DNA from: Octopus sinensis
Taxonomy: Eukaryota
NCBI RefSeq assembly: GCF_006345805.1
Contig: NW_021823763.1
Span: 1 to 21,178 of the forward strand
Direction of reading: 5' to 3'
DNA length: 21,178 bases
Positions within the stretch are counted from its first letter, which is position 1, and each line of letters begins with the position of its first letter. Under the pieces are notes generated by a model. The model was not told the DNA's origin, searched no databases, and saw nothing but the letters and a program-made list of their open reading frames with translations. Positions 20,916 through 21,178 of the stretch are shown here, piece after piece. The translations under genes and the position numbers were made by a program.

Positions 20916-21178
20916 TTGGGTTGTCCGGAAAGTTCGTGCCGATTTTTAAAGGAAAGGAAAAGGTCAATAAATACTTGCCATTACATTTTTAATCAACCAA
21001 ATATGAACCATTTTGCTGCACAATGCGTCTCCATCTTTCCTTTAACTTGAAAATACCCTCTTTCCAGAATTGAGATGGTTTCAGGGCAAAGAATTCATCA
21101 AGGTATCTTTTTACGTCATCCAAGGAATTGAAATTTTTACAATTAAGTCTATTCTGCAGAGACCTGAATAAGTGGAAA
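20916..21178 (-). mobile_element. Mariner (Tc1/mariner) transposon right end; continues beyond the window
   Basis: TA at 20914-20915 followed by the TIR TTGGGTTGTCCGGAAAGTTCGTGCCGATTT, with the transposase 3' end adjacent. Confidence 0.92.
20989..21177 (-). CDS. Mariner transposase C-terminal 62 aa (partial, open within the window)
   Basis: FHLFRSLQNRLNCKNFNSLDDVKRYLDEFFALKPSQFWKEGIFKLKERWRRIVQQNGSYLVD* is the segment that follows the YSPDLAPSD motif. No stop or frameshift is visible. Confidence 0.88.
   Translation of the reverse strand, partial: FHLFRSLQNRLNCKNFNSLDDVKRYLDEFFALKPSQFWKEGIFKLKERWRRIVQQNGSYLVD

Overview
Eukaryotic, AT-rich, extremely microsatellite-rich DNA made almost entirely of interspersed repeats. 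The repeat repertoire points to a coleoid cephalopod (Octopus-like) genome; this is inference from recognition, not a database result. No intact host gene is supported, and nearly all ORF-track entries are translations of simple repeats. The window contains: (i) three tRNA-derived SINE families in about 17 copies or fragments; (ii) decayed Penelope-like retroelement pieces (GIY-YIG endonuclease at ~7.4-7.7 kb on +, RT at ~15.1-15.9 kb on -); (iii) a 5'-truncated R4/Dong-type non-LTR element (RLE domain) at ~13.0-13.46 kb; (iv) two hAT-type MITEs plus one hAT end; (v) a probable non-autonomous Helitron at 18789-19150; (vi) the right end of a mariner element with an open transposase C-terminus at the window end. 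The most interesting signal is a ~140-bp loopless palindrome (11266-11405) whose arms each carry a minimal type I hammerhead-ribozyme motif on opposite strands. Two further eroded hammerhead-like motifs occur elsewhere. Each arm has damaging substitutions, so activity is not established.
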